A stretch of 63,290 nucleotides of DNA, the filler included, from Basidiobolus ranarum (Eukaryota), in the NCBI GenBank assembly GCA_040143965.1. It is 9 parts of 9 records of this genome, joined end to end, with 100 filler letters (N's around TTAATTAATTAA, not from the genome) between each part and the next. Parts side by side here need not be neighbours in the genome. Positions count along the whole stretch, not along the records: positions 56,366 to 63,290 come from JASJQH010008090.1; 8 more parts are not named here. The stretch is one strand, 5' to 3'. Shown here piece after piece: positions 62,351 through 63,290 of this stretch (positions are counted from its first letter, which is position 1; every line of letters starts with the position of its first letter). The notes beneath the pieces were generated by a model. The model made no database searches. It saw only the letters and a program-made list of their open reading frames with translations, and was not told the origin of the DNA. The position numbers and the translations under genes were made by a program.

Positions 62351-62674
62351 ATGAGTTTCTTCAAAACCATTTCACAATGGTTACATCCTTGTAAAACTTC
62401 GCTTCGTCACTACCGCACACGTTACTCCTCATACGCATCGTTGTCCCCTTCTTTGCCGTTATCTAGTTTCAAACAATTGGATAGGTTACCGCAAGCGAGT
62501 GTGCAACTTTCTAATATTGAAGATGTTTTCAACACGTTCGAGGGGTTCGAATGTATGTCTCTTAATTCAGCCGGCCTCAATCCAATCATTTCCAAGTATC
62601 TTAAACAATACGACTCAGATATGGTGAATTTTTTTCAATTTTTGCCGGGCACAGTTAACCTGAATTTCAAGTGA
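62351..62674 (+). CDS. Hypothetical 107-aa protein with a basic/Ser-rich presequence-like N-terminus and two copies of the same motif
   Basis: gaaaATGA context. Motifs IEDVFNTFEGFECMSL and MVNFFQFLPGTVNLNF. Confidence 0.6.
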   Translation: MSFFKTISQWLHPCKTSLRHYRTRYSSYASLSPSLPLSSFKQLDRLPQASVQLSNIEDVFNTFEGFECMSLNSAGLNPIISKYLKQYDSDMVNFFQFLPGTVNLNFK

Positions 62675-62822
62675 TCACCTGGTCATAATCCCAAGTCGAA
62701 GCGTGGACCCGTGCCCGTACCTGCACTGGAATCATAATTTCTACTATGAGCTTTATAACACTCGAACCTGAACATCTTTGCATCTTTCTTAAACATAATC
62801 GGATCTGTCACACTCTGTATGG

Positions 62823-62893
62823 TGCTTCTTAAATATAGTATATATATGTATATAAACATTGCTTCTTAAATATAGCGTATAGTATATAAACAT
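62823..62893. repeat. Two-copy ~35-bp tandem duplication
   Basis: tgcttcttaaatatag...gtatataaacat repeated twice. Confidence 0.8.
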
Positions 62894-63117
62894 ATGAAGC
62901 CTTCATATTTTAGCGAATGAATATTATCTTTGAGAAACCGTATCCACAACGTGCCAGGGTAACATGAGACTGGGATTTCACTTGTATTTTCTTTCGAATA
63001 AGAAAAATTATATCGGACGGTGCTAAACCTGAATTATGAAATAGTTTGAACTACCTCAACTTGTCTTATCCATACTTAACTTGTATGGTCTATAAAATCG
63101 GGTCAAACTCAGTGAAG

Positions 63118-63217
63118 GAAGATGAAAGTATTAGAGTTACATAACACAGAAGATGAAAGTATTAGAGTTACATAACACAGAAGATGAAAGTATTAGAGTT
63201 ACATAACACAGAAGATG
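63118..63217. repeat. Perfect 31-bp minisatellite, 3.2 copies
   Basis: Unit gaagatgaaagtattagagttacataacaca at 63118, 63149 and 63180, plus a partial gaagatg. No spacers. Confidence 0.97.
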
Positions 63218-63290
63218 TGTGCTTTCTTAATATTAGCAACATCAATAGCTTGAGTACTTAAAAAGTGGTAGATCAAAAAAACATTTAAGG

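Noticed and set aside
63118-63217. 31-bp repeats as a CRISPR array
   Set aside because: The units are directly adjacent with no spacers, there are no cas genes and the context is eukaryotic. It is a minisatellite.

Overview
Eukaryotic DNA from an early-diverging fungus. The lineage is inferred (Zoopagomycota/Mucoromycota-like, e.g. Basidiobolus) from short GT-AG introns, a fungal FAS and a bacterial-type NRPS. The window is not one locus. It is nine ~6.9-kb contigs in descending size order (1-6959, 7060-14015, 14116-21068, 21169-28116, 28217-35158, 35259-42197, 42298-49233, 49334-56265, 56366-63290) joined by artificial 100-nt N44-TTAATTAATTAA-N44 linkers, so adjacency across linkers means nothing. 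Recognisable genes: FAS1 N-terminus, a LEA-like repeat protein, a DNAJB12/Hlj1-type J-protein, RPL37, a secreted class-3 lipase, U1 and U6 snRNA variants, tRNA-Leu(CAG), a YcaC-like pseudogene, a 42-Cys modular metallothionein, a bacterial-type NRPS C-A fragment and a type I membrane protein. There are many decayed, CpG-poor Ty1/copia elements (one family primed on the tRNAiMet anticodon arm) and other repeats. Best novelty candidates: (1) an intronless, AT-rich ~920-aa fusion of a class-3 lipase with intact triad, a hydrophobic hairpin and a TRAFAC-type GTPase (53244-56009); (2) two divergently transcribed small orphan genes sharing a repeated FxFxPSxE-type motif (60478-62674); (3) the 7-module metallothionein; (4) co-located variant U1/U6/tRNA genes; (5) in-frame stops in three otherwise intact genes.
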